From positions 4,724 to 68,723 of the forward strand of contig CAXXXN010000002.1 of the NCBI GenBank assembly GCA_963677635.2: 64,000 nucleotides of DNA. The letters are read 5' to 3'. The DNA is from Sphaerochaetaceae bacterium (GTDB lineage: Bacteria; Spirochaetota; Spirochaetia; Sphaerochaetales; Sphaerochaetaceae). The position numbers and the translations under genes are program-made. The notes beneath the pieces were generated by a model that worked only from the letters and a program-made list of their open reading frames with translations, was not told the origin of the DNA and did no database searches. Each line of letters opens with the position of its first letter. Positions within the stretch are counted from its first letter, which is position 1. Positions 46,318 through 55,388 of this stretch are shown here, piece by piece.

Positions 46318-47148
46318 TTATTTTATTGTTGATTTTATTTTATTTATTAAATTATTTATTAGTTCAATATAATTTTTTGAATTTAAATATATTGTTGATT
46401 TAGTTCCTTTTTCTTGGTCTAAAACATTAATTATAAAAAAATATTTATTTTCAGTTTCACTATAAACAAATATACCTGATATGATATAATTTATCATATT
46501 ATCAAATTCTGTAGTATCAATGTTTTTTGATATGATTTCAATTTCCTTTTGAGATATTACGTTTGTAAATTCTTCCATTTTTTTTGAAACTAAATCTGTA
46601 ATATCAATATTTTCTTTTTTATTAAAAGTTGAGATATCTTTTATTAGAAAGATTTTATCCTTCAAGGAAATAGGTGATTCTGAAACTTGAAGGCTTTTTG
46701 AATTGATTGGTGTGCTATTTGGTGTGCTACTTGGTGTGCTACTTGGTGTGCTACTTGGTGTGCTACTTGGTGTGCTACTTGGTGTGCTACTTGGTGTGCT
46801 ACTTGGTGTGCTACTTGGTGTGCTACTTGGTGTGCTACTTGGTGTCAATTTTACAATTGGACTAGGTGTATAAGTGGAATAAGTTGATGTACTAGAACTA
46901 CTTCTATGGGAATAATGAGAACTATGCGAGCTGTGTGATCGATGAGAACTATGTGATCGATGTGCTGCTATAAGATTTGAATTTGTTGGTAAATTGCCAG
47001 AATATAGTGTGAAATTATTAAGATTTTTATAGTTTTTATCTGTCTCGTTATCTGAACTAGACGCGAATAATGATATATTTGTTTTTGTTGGAATTAAAAA
47101 TAATAATCCAAAAATTAATGATAAAAGTTTTCCTTTAATGTATTTCAT
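46318..47148 (-). CDS. hxsA: His-Xaa-Ser repeat protein HxsA (secreted)
   Basis: Signal peptide ending SLFA/SSS. It carries seven consecutive HXS triplets (HRSHSSHRSHSSHSSHYSHRS), a (TPSS)x10 linker and a C-terminal domain of about 125 aa. It lies downstream of two radical SAM genes. Confidence 0.8.
   Translation of the reverse strand: MKYIKGKLLSLIFGLLFLIPTKTNISLFASSSDNETDKNYKNLNNFTLYSGNLPTNSNLIAAHRSHSSHRSHSSHSSHYSHRSSSSTSTYSTYTPSPIVKLTPSSTPSSTPSSTPSSTPSSTPSSTPSSTPSSTPSSTPSSTPNSTPINSKSLQVSESPISLKDKIFLIKDISTFNKKENIDITDLVSKKMEEFTNVISQKEIEIISKNIDTTEFDNMINYIISGIFVYSETENKYFFIINVLDQEKGTKSTIYLNSKNYIELINNLINKIKSTIK
46708..46845 (-). repeat. 12-bp perfect tandem repeat (about 11.5 copies) encoding (TPSS)n
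   Basis: The unit TTGGTGTGCTAC is repeated head to tail. Ten copies are identical at the DNA level, and the terminal copies are degenerate. Confidence 0.95.
46900..46962 (-). repeat. Coding region of the seven His-Xaa-Ser triplets
   Basis: The reverse complement reads cat cga tca cat agt tct cat cga tca cac agc tcg cat agt tct cat tat tcc cat aga agt. Confidence 0.9.
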
Positions 47149-47149
47149 C

Positions 47150-48274
47150 TTATAGTCCTTTCACCTTATAGTTTATTGGTGTTATACAAGTATCTAAATA
47201 GTCCTTATTACTTGTTGCAAAGAATCCACCACAAATATCTCTCATCACACAGAATTTACATTCGGGTAAATAGTGTGTTTTCCAATCAGATATAGTTGGC
47301 ACACAGTATTCCCAAATTTTTTTATCCAATTTACAAACTTGATGATTAAATATATATATAGGTAAATTTCTTTGTTTTGCAAATTTAATTGCCTGAATTA
47401 ATTCAATATTATAGTTATATTGTGAAATAAATAATTGCTTAGCATTTTTATTAGCTTCTCCTGAATATTCCATTCCAATCAAAGCTAGTCTTTTTATATA
47501 AGGTAAATTATCGTAACAAAAAATAATAAAAGATGGTAATCGAATATAATTTAGTTTGTTTATAATAAAACGCAGTTCAATTTTTTGGTTGAAAGCTGCT
47601 AAATAATGTAATGATTTAATTGTATCCCAGAAAGATCCTTTTTTCTGGGTTAATCTATCATGAATTTCTGCAATATCAGCATATAAAGCTATGCAAAAAG
47701 TTACATCGATTTGTTTTTCAATAATAAAATTTAATAAATCTGTATTTTTATATATATTCATTGCATTTGTTAATATATCAATTTGTAAGTTTTTATTTTT
47801 GCTATGTAAACGGTTCATGATTTCGATTAAATAGTTTATATCTAAGGTTGGTTCTCCTCCGGTAAGTCCAATTTGAGTAATATTTTTGTTGAGCAAATCA
47901 ATTATTTCAAAATTTTTTTTGGGTAAATTGACTATTTTATTTTTATCAATTTGAGGGCAATTAATACAATTCAAATTACAGTGGTTATTAACTAACAAAG
48001 AATTATCATTTGAATTTGTTGAAATATGTAAGATAATTTGATTATCTTTTGTTAGTTCTATGATATCATTTATTTGAAATAAAGGGTCATTTTTTATATA
48101 AATAGAATTTTTTATTTTTGGGGAATTTGTAATGTAAATTTTTTTAATATTAAAATTTTCATGAACCCTTACAGAATATATAAATAAATTAAGATTCTTT
48201 TTTATTTTAATTATTTTCCCTATTAAATATTCAGGTAAAATTATTGTTGATGTTAAATAGTTTAATGTTTTCAT
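47150..48274 (-). CDS. hxsC: Radical SAM/SPASM maturase HxsC-like
   Basis: CxxxCxxC cluster (CNLNCINC) and a C-terminal CKFCVMRDICGG SPASM-like motif. ATGA overlap with the upstream gene. Confidence 0.75.
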   Translation of the reverse strand: MKTLNYLTSTIILPEYLIGKIIKIKKNLNLFIYSVRVHENFNIKKIYITNSPKIKNSIYIKNDPLFQINDIIELTKDNQIILHISTNSNDNSLLVNNHCNLNCINCPQIDKNKIVNLPKKNFEIIDLLNKNITQIGLTGGEPTLDINYLIEIMNRLHSKNKNLQIDILTNAMNIYKNTDLLNFIIEKQIDVTFCIALYADIAEIHDRLTQKKGSFWDTIKSLHYLAAFNQKIELRFIINKLNYIRLPSFIIFCYDNLPYIKRLALIGMEYSGEANKNAKQLFISQYNYNIELIQAIKFAKQRNLPIYIFNHQVCKLDKKIWEYCVPTISDWKTHYLPECKFCVMRDICGGFFATSNKDYLDTCITPINYKVKGL

Positions 48275-49701
48275 AAAACAACCTCATTATATTTTCTATA
48301 AGTAACCCAACTCCAAAAAACATCTAAATATTTATCATCTTCTAAAATTAATTTAAATAATATATCAATAATTCCTTTATGTTTAATACAATTATTATCT
48401 TCAATATTTAAATTCTTTTCTTGATATTTTCTCACAGCATCTTTTCCACAATAGGGAATATATGGACATAAAAAGCATTCTTTTTCTGCTTCAACAATAT
48501 TGTTTTCGACAATCTTATGTAATTTCTCATTATTAAAAATTTGTTGATAATTGTCAAAAAATATATTTCCTATCTCAAAAGTATTATCCTGGTTTTTTGC
48601 TAACATCCTAGCTTCATCTGACACATAAACTTTACCTTCTATGTCGTAAACTGCACAGCCTATTCCATCGCCTGTAGGAGATTGGATATCTACAAAACCA
48701 TTAGAAAAGGGAGTTAAAATTTTTCTTAAAAAAATGCATGCAAATTCTTCTCGTATTAAAGTTCCTAAAATATTTTTTTGTAAAATGTATCTAAGACCTT
48801 TTTCATAATTATTTAAATAATCTTTCATTGAATAGGACAAAAATTTTTTTGTTTTTTCAGCCATTCCATAGGGATTTATAGGTCTAAAAAAAATTGAATT
48901 TAAGTTTAATTTGATATAAGTATCAACACATTCTTCGATCCTAAATATTGAATCTTTTGTTATTGTCATTAAAGCAGAAACTTTGTCTTGCCCATATTGT
49001 TTTTGGATATATTCAATATTATTACATACCAGTTCAAAATTATTTTGATCACTGATAGCTTTCCTATTTTTGTTATGTATATCTTGAGGCCCATCTATCG
49101 AGGTTGATAAATAAATATTGTTCTTTATAATAAAATTAATTTGTTTTTGATTAAGAAATATTAAATTTGTGCATAAGATATATTCAATATATTTCTTAGC
49201 AGTTTTATTTAAAAATTTCATATAATTTACTATAAATATTAAAGTTTCAAAATTTAAGGTAGGTTCTCCCCCTTGAAATTCAATTTTGATAGAATTTGAG
49301 GGACTTTGAATAATTTTTTTGCAGACTTCTTTAGCTGTTGTAATAGACATGTTTAAGTGATTATTAATGTAATGTGAATTACTGCTTGCCTGGCAATAAG
49401 AGCAGTTAGAATTACAATTGTGAGAAAGTATAATAATATGAAGGGTTGTGAAATAATTTAGAAAATCTTTTTTTGTCCTTAGTTTTATAGCCATTTCTTC
49501 AAGAGTTTCATTTAATATTTCATTTTCACATAAAAAAAAAGTACTAGTTAAATCGTTTAATAAATTTTTATCTAATTTCTCAGGATTATTTAGCAAATCT
49601 AAGAAATCTTTTTTTGATACAAACTTATATTGGCCTAATTCATTAATTAATAATAAGTTATCATTAATTTGTTTATATCTAAAAGGTAATAATTTAATCA
49701 T
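48271..49701 (-). CDS. hxsB: Radical SAM/SPASM maturase HxsB-like
   Basis: CxxxCxxC cluster (CNSNCSYC), QGGEPTL, and a C-terminal CFLCPYIPYCG SPASM-like motif. 476 aa. Confidence 0.75.
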   Translation of the reverse strand: MIKLLPFRYKQINDNLLLINELGQYKFVSKKDFLDLLNNPEKLDKNLLNDLTSTFFLCENEILNETLEEMAIKLRTKKDFLNYFTTLHIIILSHNCNSNCSYCQASSNSHYINNHLNMSITTAKEVCKKIIQSPSNSIKIEFQGGEPTLNFETLIFIVNYMKFLNKTAKKYIEYILCTNLIFLNQKQINFIIKNNIYLSTSIDGPQDIHNKNRKAISDQNNFELVCNNIEYIQKQYGQDKVSALMTITKDSIFRIEECVDTYIKLNLNSIFFRPINPYGMAEKTKKFLSYSMKDYLNNYEKGLRYILQKNILGTLIREEFACIFLRKILTPFSNGFVDIQSPTGDGIGCAVYDIEGKVYVSDEARMLAKNQDNTFEIGNIFFDNYQQIFNNEKLHKIVENNIVEAEKECFLCPYIPYCGKDAVRKYQEKNLNIEDNNCIKHKGIIDILFKLILEDDKYLDVFWSWVTYRKYNEVVL

Positions 49702-49966
49702 AATTTATTGGACTAAATGCTTTTTTATATAAAATCTTTCTAATTTCAGAAACCTTATTCTCTATATAAAATGAATTTTGAATATAAATTATTTCATTTT
49801 TAATATCTTTTATTTGCTTTTGTGAAAGCTCTTCATCAGTTTCAAGAATCCAAGAATTATTAAATTCGTTAATTGAAAATTTTTTATTGGTATTTAAAAA
49901 CCAAATCAATGATTCTTTTTGAATTAATGATTTAAGTATATTTATAGTTGCCATCATAAACCTCAT
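49694..49966 (-). CDS. hxsD: Small HxsD-like protein
   Basis: About 86-90 aa. It overlaps the hxsB start by 8 nt. The assignment rests on position and size. The GAGG inside the first codons suggests the true start is the ATG at 49954. Confidence 0.5.
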   Translation of the reverse strand: MRFMMATINILKSLIQKESLIWFLNTNKKFSINEFNNSWILETDEELSQKQIKDIKNEIIYIQNSFYIENKVSEIRKILYKKAFSPINYD

Positions 49967-50041
49967 TATTTTAAATATATTATACTATATAATTAGTTTT
50001 ATTCATACAATTATTTTTTAGTCTACTTAAGACTAAAATTA

Positions 50042-50074
50042 TTAAAGGGTAATTAAAATTTAATTACCCTTTAA
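50042..50074. terminator. 33-bp near-perfect palindrome between the GntR gene and the hxs operon
   Basis: TTAAAGGGTAATTAAA, a, TTTAATTACCCTTTAA. It lies just downstream of the 50105 stop on the minus strand. Confidence 0.55.
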
Positions 50075-50104
50075 TATTTAAAACTTTAAATATAAAAATT
50101 ATAT

Positions 50105-50752
50105 TTAGGAAGAAATATTATTTAATAGTTTAAAAGCACTAGTTTTAGAATTTTGTAAATGATTAATTAAAGCTAGAGAAGCTTCTTCCCAATTTTCTGT
50201 TAAAAGATGATTTATGATAGTAATATGTTCTTCCTGACCCAATTCAATTCTATTTGAATAATCAGATCCAGATAATATTCTAAGTCTTTTGTTTTGAGCA
50301 GAAATTATTCCATAAAAAATTTTTAGGTAATTGTTAGAAAGACAATTAATAATTAAATCATGAAAACTATCATCTAGTTCTATAACTTTTTCTTTTGTTA
50401 ATGGATTTTCATTTTGACCTTGATAATATTTAAGATATTCTAATAAAGTGTTGCTTTCAATTTTATATCCATATTTTTTGATAGCATATGGTTCTATCAA
50501 CAATCTAACTTCGAATATTTTGTTGATTTCTGCTATTGTAATAGGAGAAATCAAAATGCCTTTTTTTGGTTTGATTTGAATTAGACCTTCTTGTTCTATT
50601 CTACCTAGGGCATCTCTAATAGGGGTTCGACTTATGTTTAGATCAGTTTTTAGCTGTTCTTCATTTATCATTGAGCCTGGTTTATATACACAGTCTACTA
50701 TATTCTGTTTGATCAAATTGTATGCTTGTAGTTTTAAAGACTCTTGTTTCAT
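50105..50752 (-). CDS. GntR family transcriptional regulator (FCD-type)
   Basis: wHTH segment INEEQLKTDLNISRTPIRDALGRIEQEGLIQIKPKKGI. Confidence 0.85.
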   Translation of the reverse strand: MKQESLKLQAYNLIKQNIVDCVYKPGSMINEEQLKTDLNISRTPIRDALGRIEQEGLIQIKPKKGILISPITIAEINKIFEVRLLIEPYAIKKYGYKIESNTLLEYLKYYQGQNENPLTKEKVIELDDSFHDLIINCLSNNYLKIFYGIISAQNKRLRILSGSDYSNRIELGQEEHITIINHLLTENWEEASLALINHLQNSKTSAFKLLNNISS

Positions 50753-51043
50753 AATCTACTCCTTAATGCTTATAGTAAATAAAATAAAGATGAAAGTAAA
50801 TAGATTTTTTGTAAAATTTACCTGCTTTATTAGTTGTTGTATATATCAAATAATTTCATAGTTGTTGGTTTTTATTTAAAATTGGTTGCTTATATAGCAT
50901 TAGTAAAAAAAATATTTAGCTACTAAATCGGTATTTTATCGATAATTATTAGATGCTGGTTTTTAAATATCACTTAAATTTGTAATTTAGTTAAAGGTTT
51001 TGTATAAATTATTAAGTATTTATATTGCAGTCATTTGTCAATA

Positions 51044-51053
51044 TTGTATACAA
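51044..51053. promoter_or_regulatory. GntR-box-like perfect palindrome TTGTATACAA
   Basis: A 10-bp perfect palindrome with a GT-N4-AC core, in the 720-bp divergent intergenic region. A degenerate copy (TTGTATGCA on the minus strand) lies at 51429-51437. Confidence 0.4.
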
Positions 51054-51394
51054 GTATTTATTGTCCTATATTCTATTTATAATTTTTTATTGATTAAGTG
51101 TTAATCATATCACATATTTATAGAATGAGTTTAAGAACTTTTTTTGTTATATAGCTAATATAGCTAATAGAAAAATATATGTCCTTTAAAATAAATACAA
51201 TTTATTAACATTTTATATAAGAATTAAGAATAACATATTAGTGATATCTGATAAATATAACAGAATCAAATATATAAAAATTTACTGATTTAAGTAAGTA
51301 TTTTAAATTGTTGTATATAATAGAATTATAAAAATTATCACCAATTATGAGCTATTTTGTTACTTAAATGGCTAAAAATAGTTAAAATTTTTTG

Positions 51395-51437
51395 TTGACA
51401 GATTATATAACTGTATTTATACTGTGATGCATACAAC
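51395..51437 (+). promoter_or_regulatory. Promoter of the dehydrogenase/TRAP operon with a downstream degenerate GntR box
   Basis: TTGACA (51395-51400), 17-nt spacer, TATACT (51418-51423), then GCATACAAC. Confidence 0.5.
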
Positions 51438-51473
51438 AGATAAATATTTTAAAAAAAATAAGGATATTATTTA

Positions 51474-52493
51474 ATGAAAGAATTAAAAATCAACAAACCA
51501 AGAAATGTTGTCATTTTAGATACTGATATGCCTAAAAGAAAAAAAGGTGAAGCTCTACTTAAAATGCTTTATGGTGGTATTTGTGGTAGCGATTTAGGAG
51601 CCTATAGAGGCACTTTTGCATATTTTTCTTATCCAAGAACTCCAGGACATGAATTGTCGATGCAAATAGTAGATATTGATGAAAATGATTTAGGTCTTGA
51701 AAAAGGTATGATTGTAACAGCTAATCCATATTTTAATTGTGGTGAATGCTATTCCTGTCATAATAATAAACTAAATGTATGCATGCACAATGAAACTATG
51801 GGAGTTCAACGTGAAGGTGGGTTTTCCCAGTTTTTAACACTTCCAATTGAGAGATTGTATGATAGTAAAGGCTTAGATCCAAAAGTCTTGGCTGTTATTG
51901 AACCCTTTTGTATAAGTTATCATGGAGTAAAAACTGCTAATGTACAAAAAGGTGAAAATGTTTTAATACTTGGTGCAGGAACAATTGGAATTTTAGCGGC
52001 TATTTCAGCTCTAGCTAAAGGCGCCAATGTTTGGGTTGCAGATGTTTCTGAAGGAAAATTAGAAATTGCTAAAACTTTTGGTATCAACGGTACAATTTTA
52101 AATGATACAAATGAAAATTTTATTAAGCAAGTAAATGAAATTACAAACAATAATGGATTTGATGTAACTATCGAAGCTGTTGGATTACCTTCAACTTTCC
52201 AAAATTGTATAGATGCTGCTTGTTTTGGTGGCAGAATGGTTTTGATAGGAATTGGTAAACAAAATTTAGATTTTAATTTTACTATAATTCAAAAGAAGGA
52301 ACTTAGTATCTTTGGTTCAAGAAATGCATTAAAAGAAGATTTCATTGAACTAATTGATTTAGTTAAATCAGGTAAAATTCCATTAGAAAAAGTAATTACT
52401 AATACATATAAATTTGAAGACGCACAACAAGCTTTTTCAGATTTTGATAAAAATTCAGGAGATATGCTTAAAGTAATACTAGATTTTACTTAA
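51474..52493 (+). CDS. Zinc-dependent medium-chain alcohol / polyol dehydrogenase
   Basis: GICGSDL, GHE, the structural zinc cluster CGECYSCHNNKLNVC, and the Rossmann motif GAGTIG. Confidence 0.85.
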   Translation: MKELKINKPRNVVILDTDMPKRKKGEALLKMLYGGICGSDLGAYRGTFAYFSYPRTPGHELSMQIVDIDENDLGLEKGMIVTANPYFNCGECYSCHNNKLNVCMHNETMGVQREGGFSQFLTLPIERLYDSKGLDPKVLAVIEPFCISYHGVKTANVQKGENVLILGAGTIGILAAISALAKGANVWVADVSEGKLEIAKTFGINGTILNDTNENFIKQVNEITNNNGFDVTIEAVGLPSTFQNCIDAACFGGRMVLIGIGKQNLDFNFTIIQKKELSIFGSRNALKEDFIELIDLVKSGKIPLEKVITNTYKFEDAQQAFSDFDKNSGDMLKVILDFT

Positions 52494-52525
52494 GCAAAAT
52501 TATATACACATTAAAGGAGCCATTT

Positions 52526-53557
52526 ATGAAAAAAAGGTTAATTATTGGATTATTAATGGGAGCAATGTGCTTACCAGCAATGTTTGCAAATGGAAGTTCA
52601 GAAGCAAAAGCTACTGAAACACAAAACAAAGTAGTGACAATTCAAGTTGGATATGAAAATGCAACTTCAGAACCAGCTGCAAAAGCAGTTGAAAAATGGA
52701 AACAAATTGTAGAAGAAAAAAGTAATGGTTCTATTAAGTTAGAATTATTCCCTAACTCTGCTTTAGGAAAGAAAACCGAGATTATTGACCAAATGATTTT
52801 AGGTGAACCTGTTATTACAGTAGCTGATGGTGCTTTTCTAGCAGACTATGGCATAGCTGATTTTGGTATTTTCTATGCTCCATTTATGTTTGATAACTGG
52901 GACGAAGAATGGAATGTAATTAATAGCGATTGGTATGCTGGATTATGTGATCAACTTGCAAGTAAAGCTGGAATTAGAGTAATGTCTTCTAACTGGATTT
53001 ATGGTGCAAGAGATATGCTAACTGTAAAGAAAGTTGTAATGCCTGAAGATTTAAATGGTGTTAAATTAAGAGTATCATCAAATAAATTATCTATTGAAAG
53101 TTTCAATGATTTAGGTATTTCTTCTGTTGGTATGGATATGAGTGATGTTTATCAAGCTTTACAAGCAAAAACTATTGATGGTGTAGAAAATCCAATTGTT
53201 TCTCTTGCAAATAGAAGTTTCCAAGAAGTTGCAAAGTATTTAGTAAAAGATAATCATATTTTAGCTGTTTCAATGTGGATTTGTGGTGAAGATTTCTTTA
53301 ACACTTTAACAAAAGATCAACAAAAGATCTTAATTGATGCTGCAAATGAAGCAGGATTATATAATAATGAATTACAAGCTTCTGCAAATGAAGTAGCAAC
53401 ACAAATCTTAATTGATGATGGTGTTGAAATTACTGAACTTACTCCAGAACAAAAAGCTGCATGGAATGAAGCTGGTCAAAAATTCTTTAATCACGCTTCA
53501 GAAAAATTAGGTTGGAGTGAAAACCTATACCAAACTGTTAAAAACGCAGCTAAGTAA
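52526..53557 (+). CDS. TRAP transporter substrate-binding protein (DctP family)
   Basis: Signal peptide ending MFANG. 343 aa, followed by DctQ- and DctM-type genes. Confidence 0.85.
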   Translation: MKKRLIIGLLMGAMCLPAMFANGSSEAKATETQNKVVTIQVGYENATSEPAAKAVEKWKQIVEEKSNGSIKLELFPNSALGKKTEIIDQMILGEPVITVADGAFLADYGIADFGIFYAPFMFDNWDEEWNVINSDWYAGLCDQLASKAGIRVMSSNWIYGARDMLTVKKVVMPEDLNGVKLRVSSNKLSIESFNDLGISSVGMDMSDVYQALQAKTIDGVENPIVSLANRSFQEVAKYLVKDNHILAVSMWICGEDFFNTLTKDQQKILIDAANEAGLYNNELQASANEVATQILIDDGVEITELTPEQKAAWNEAGQKFFNHASEKLGWSENLYQTVKNAAK

Positions 53558-53578
53558 ATAAATTAATGTAGGGATAAC

Positions 53579-54100
53579 ATGAATAAGGAAAAAATTAAAT
53601 ACAATATTATTCACCTTGATGTATATGTAGCTTCAATATCTATGGCTATATTGGTAGGAGTTACATTTTTAGGTGTTATTATGAGATATGTAGTAGGGAA
53701 ACCATTTGGATGGATTGAAGAAATTCAAGCTTTTCTAATTGTTTGGGTCGTATTTTTAGGTGCTGGTTCGGCTTATAGAACTGGGAATCATGCTAGAATT
53801 GAGTTTTTATATGATAAGTTCAATCCTCATGTCAAAAAAATATTAGACTTAGTTATAAGTATTATTGCAACAATAGTAATTGGTTTCTTTTTATATGCAA
53901 GTATAAAATATATTGGATTATTTATTAAAACAGGACGAAAAACTTCTGTATTACAATTTTCTTATGTAGCCATTTATTCTGTTGTCCCTATCTCGTGTAT
54001 ATTACAATTAATAAATTATTTCGTAGTAGAGGTTTTTCATAAATGGGATGAAAAAGAATCTATTATTATAGAAAGCTCAGAGGAGAAGGACAATGCATAA
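53579..54100 (+). CDS. TRAP transporter small permease (DctQ family)
   Basis: 173 aa with 4 TM helices. Confidence 0.8.
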   Translation: MNKEKIKYNIIHLDVYVASISMAILVGVTFLGVIMRYVVGKPFGWIEEIQAFLIVWVVFLGAGSAYRTGNHARIEFLYDKFNPHVKKILDLVISIIATIVIGFFLYASIKYIGLFIKTGRKTSVLQFSYVAIYSVVPISCILQLINYFVVEVFHKWDEKESIIIESSEEKDNA

Positions 54101-55379
54101 TGTAATAATATTCGCATCAATACTTTTATTAGTATTATTATTTATTAAGGTGCCAGTATATCTTTCAGTACTCGCGGCTTCAGTTACTTATTTTTTATTT
54201 ACTCCGAAGATGAACATAATGATTTTTGCACAAAAAGTTATTAGTGGTACAGAAAGTCTTTCATTATTAGCTATACCATTCTTTGTTTGTGCAGGTATCT
54301 TTATGAACTACACTGGAGTAACAAAACGTATTATGAATTTTTGTGTTGTCATTACAGGTAGAATGTCTGGTGGTCTAGCTCAAGTTAATGTATTACTATC
54401 AACTCTTATGGGAGGTCTTTCAGGTTCCAGTTTAGCTGATGCAGCTATGGAAGCTAAAATGTTAGTTCCTACCATGGAAAAAAATGGTTATTCTAAAGCT
54501 TTTTCTTCAGTAATCACTGCAGCCTCAGGTATGGTTGTACCATTAATTCCACCAGGGGTTGGGCTTATTATTTATGGATGTATTAATAATATATCTATTG
54601 GTAAACTATTTATTGCAGGTATTGGTCCAGGATTATTTATGTGTGTTACATTAATGATTTATGTACACTTTTTATCTATAAAAAGGGGTTATTTACCAGT
54701 AAGAGAAGATAAAATTTCTGTAAAGGAAAAAGTTGAAGCTTTTAAACCTGCATTTTTCCCTTTACTTCTACCTATAATTATTATTGGTGGTGTTCGTATT
54801 GGAGTATTTACAGCATCAGAAGCTGGAACTGTGGCTATTGTATATGCTGTTCTTTTAGGATTATTTTATCGTGAATTAGGATGGACAGAAGTTAAGAAGA
54901 GTTTATCTGAAACTGTTACTACTACAGCTTCAATTATGTTAATTGTTGCAGCAGCCTCAGCTTTCTCTTGGATATTAACAAAAGAATCTATTCCACAAAG
55001 TTTCTCCTTGTGGATGATTAGTGTAATTCATAATAAATATGTATTTTTGATTATGGTAAATGTTTTCTTATGGTTTGTTGGTATGTTTATCGAAGGAAAT
55101 GCTTCAATGATTGTATTAGCCCCATTGTTAGCTCCGGTTGCAGCTTCATATGGTATTGATCCAATTCATTTTGCAATGGTATACATATTTAACTGTACTA
55201 TTGGAGCATTTACGCCTCCAATGGGAACTTTAATATTTGTTACTTGTGGTGTAACTCATTGTCCAACTAGTGACTTTATAAAAGAATCAATACCATTCTA
55301 CTTCCTATTTCTTGCTGATTTGATTATATTGACATATTTCCCACCACTATCAACATTTTTAGTTAATTTAATTTATTAG
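54093..55379 (+). CDS. TRAP transporter large permease (DctM family)
   Basis: 428-aa polytopic protein that overlaps the dctQ-like gene by 8 nt. Confidence 0.85.
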   Translation: MHNVIIFASILLLVLLFIKVPVYLSVLAASVTYFLFTPKMNIMIFAQKVISGTESLSLLAIPFFVCAGIFMNYTGVTKRIMNFCVVITGRMSGGLAQVNVLLSTLMGGLSGSSLADAAMEAKMLVPTMEKNGYSKAFSSVITAASGMVVPLIPPGVGLIIYGCINNISIGKLFIAGIGPGLFMCVTLMIYVHFLSIKRGYLPVREDKISVKEKVEAFKPAFFPLLLPIIIIGGVRIGVFTASEAGTVAIVYAVLLGLFYRELGWTEVKKSLSETVTTTASIMLIVAAASAFSWILTKESIPQSFSLWMISVIHNKYVFLIMVNVFLWFVGMFIEGNASMIVLAPLLAPVAASYGIDPIHFAMVYIFNCTIGAFTPPMGTLIFVTCGVTHCPTSDFIKESIPFYFLFLADLIILTYFPPLSTFLVNLIY

Positions 55380-55388
55380 GAGAAAATA

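Noticed and set aside
46708-46845. The regular short repeat array could be mistaken for a CRISPR or minisatellite locus.
   Set aside because: The units are 12 bp, contiguous and without spacers, and lie in frame inside hxsA, where they encode TPSS. This is a coding tandem repeat, not a CRISPR array.
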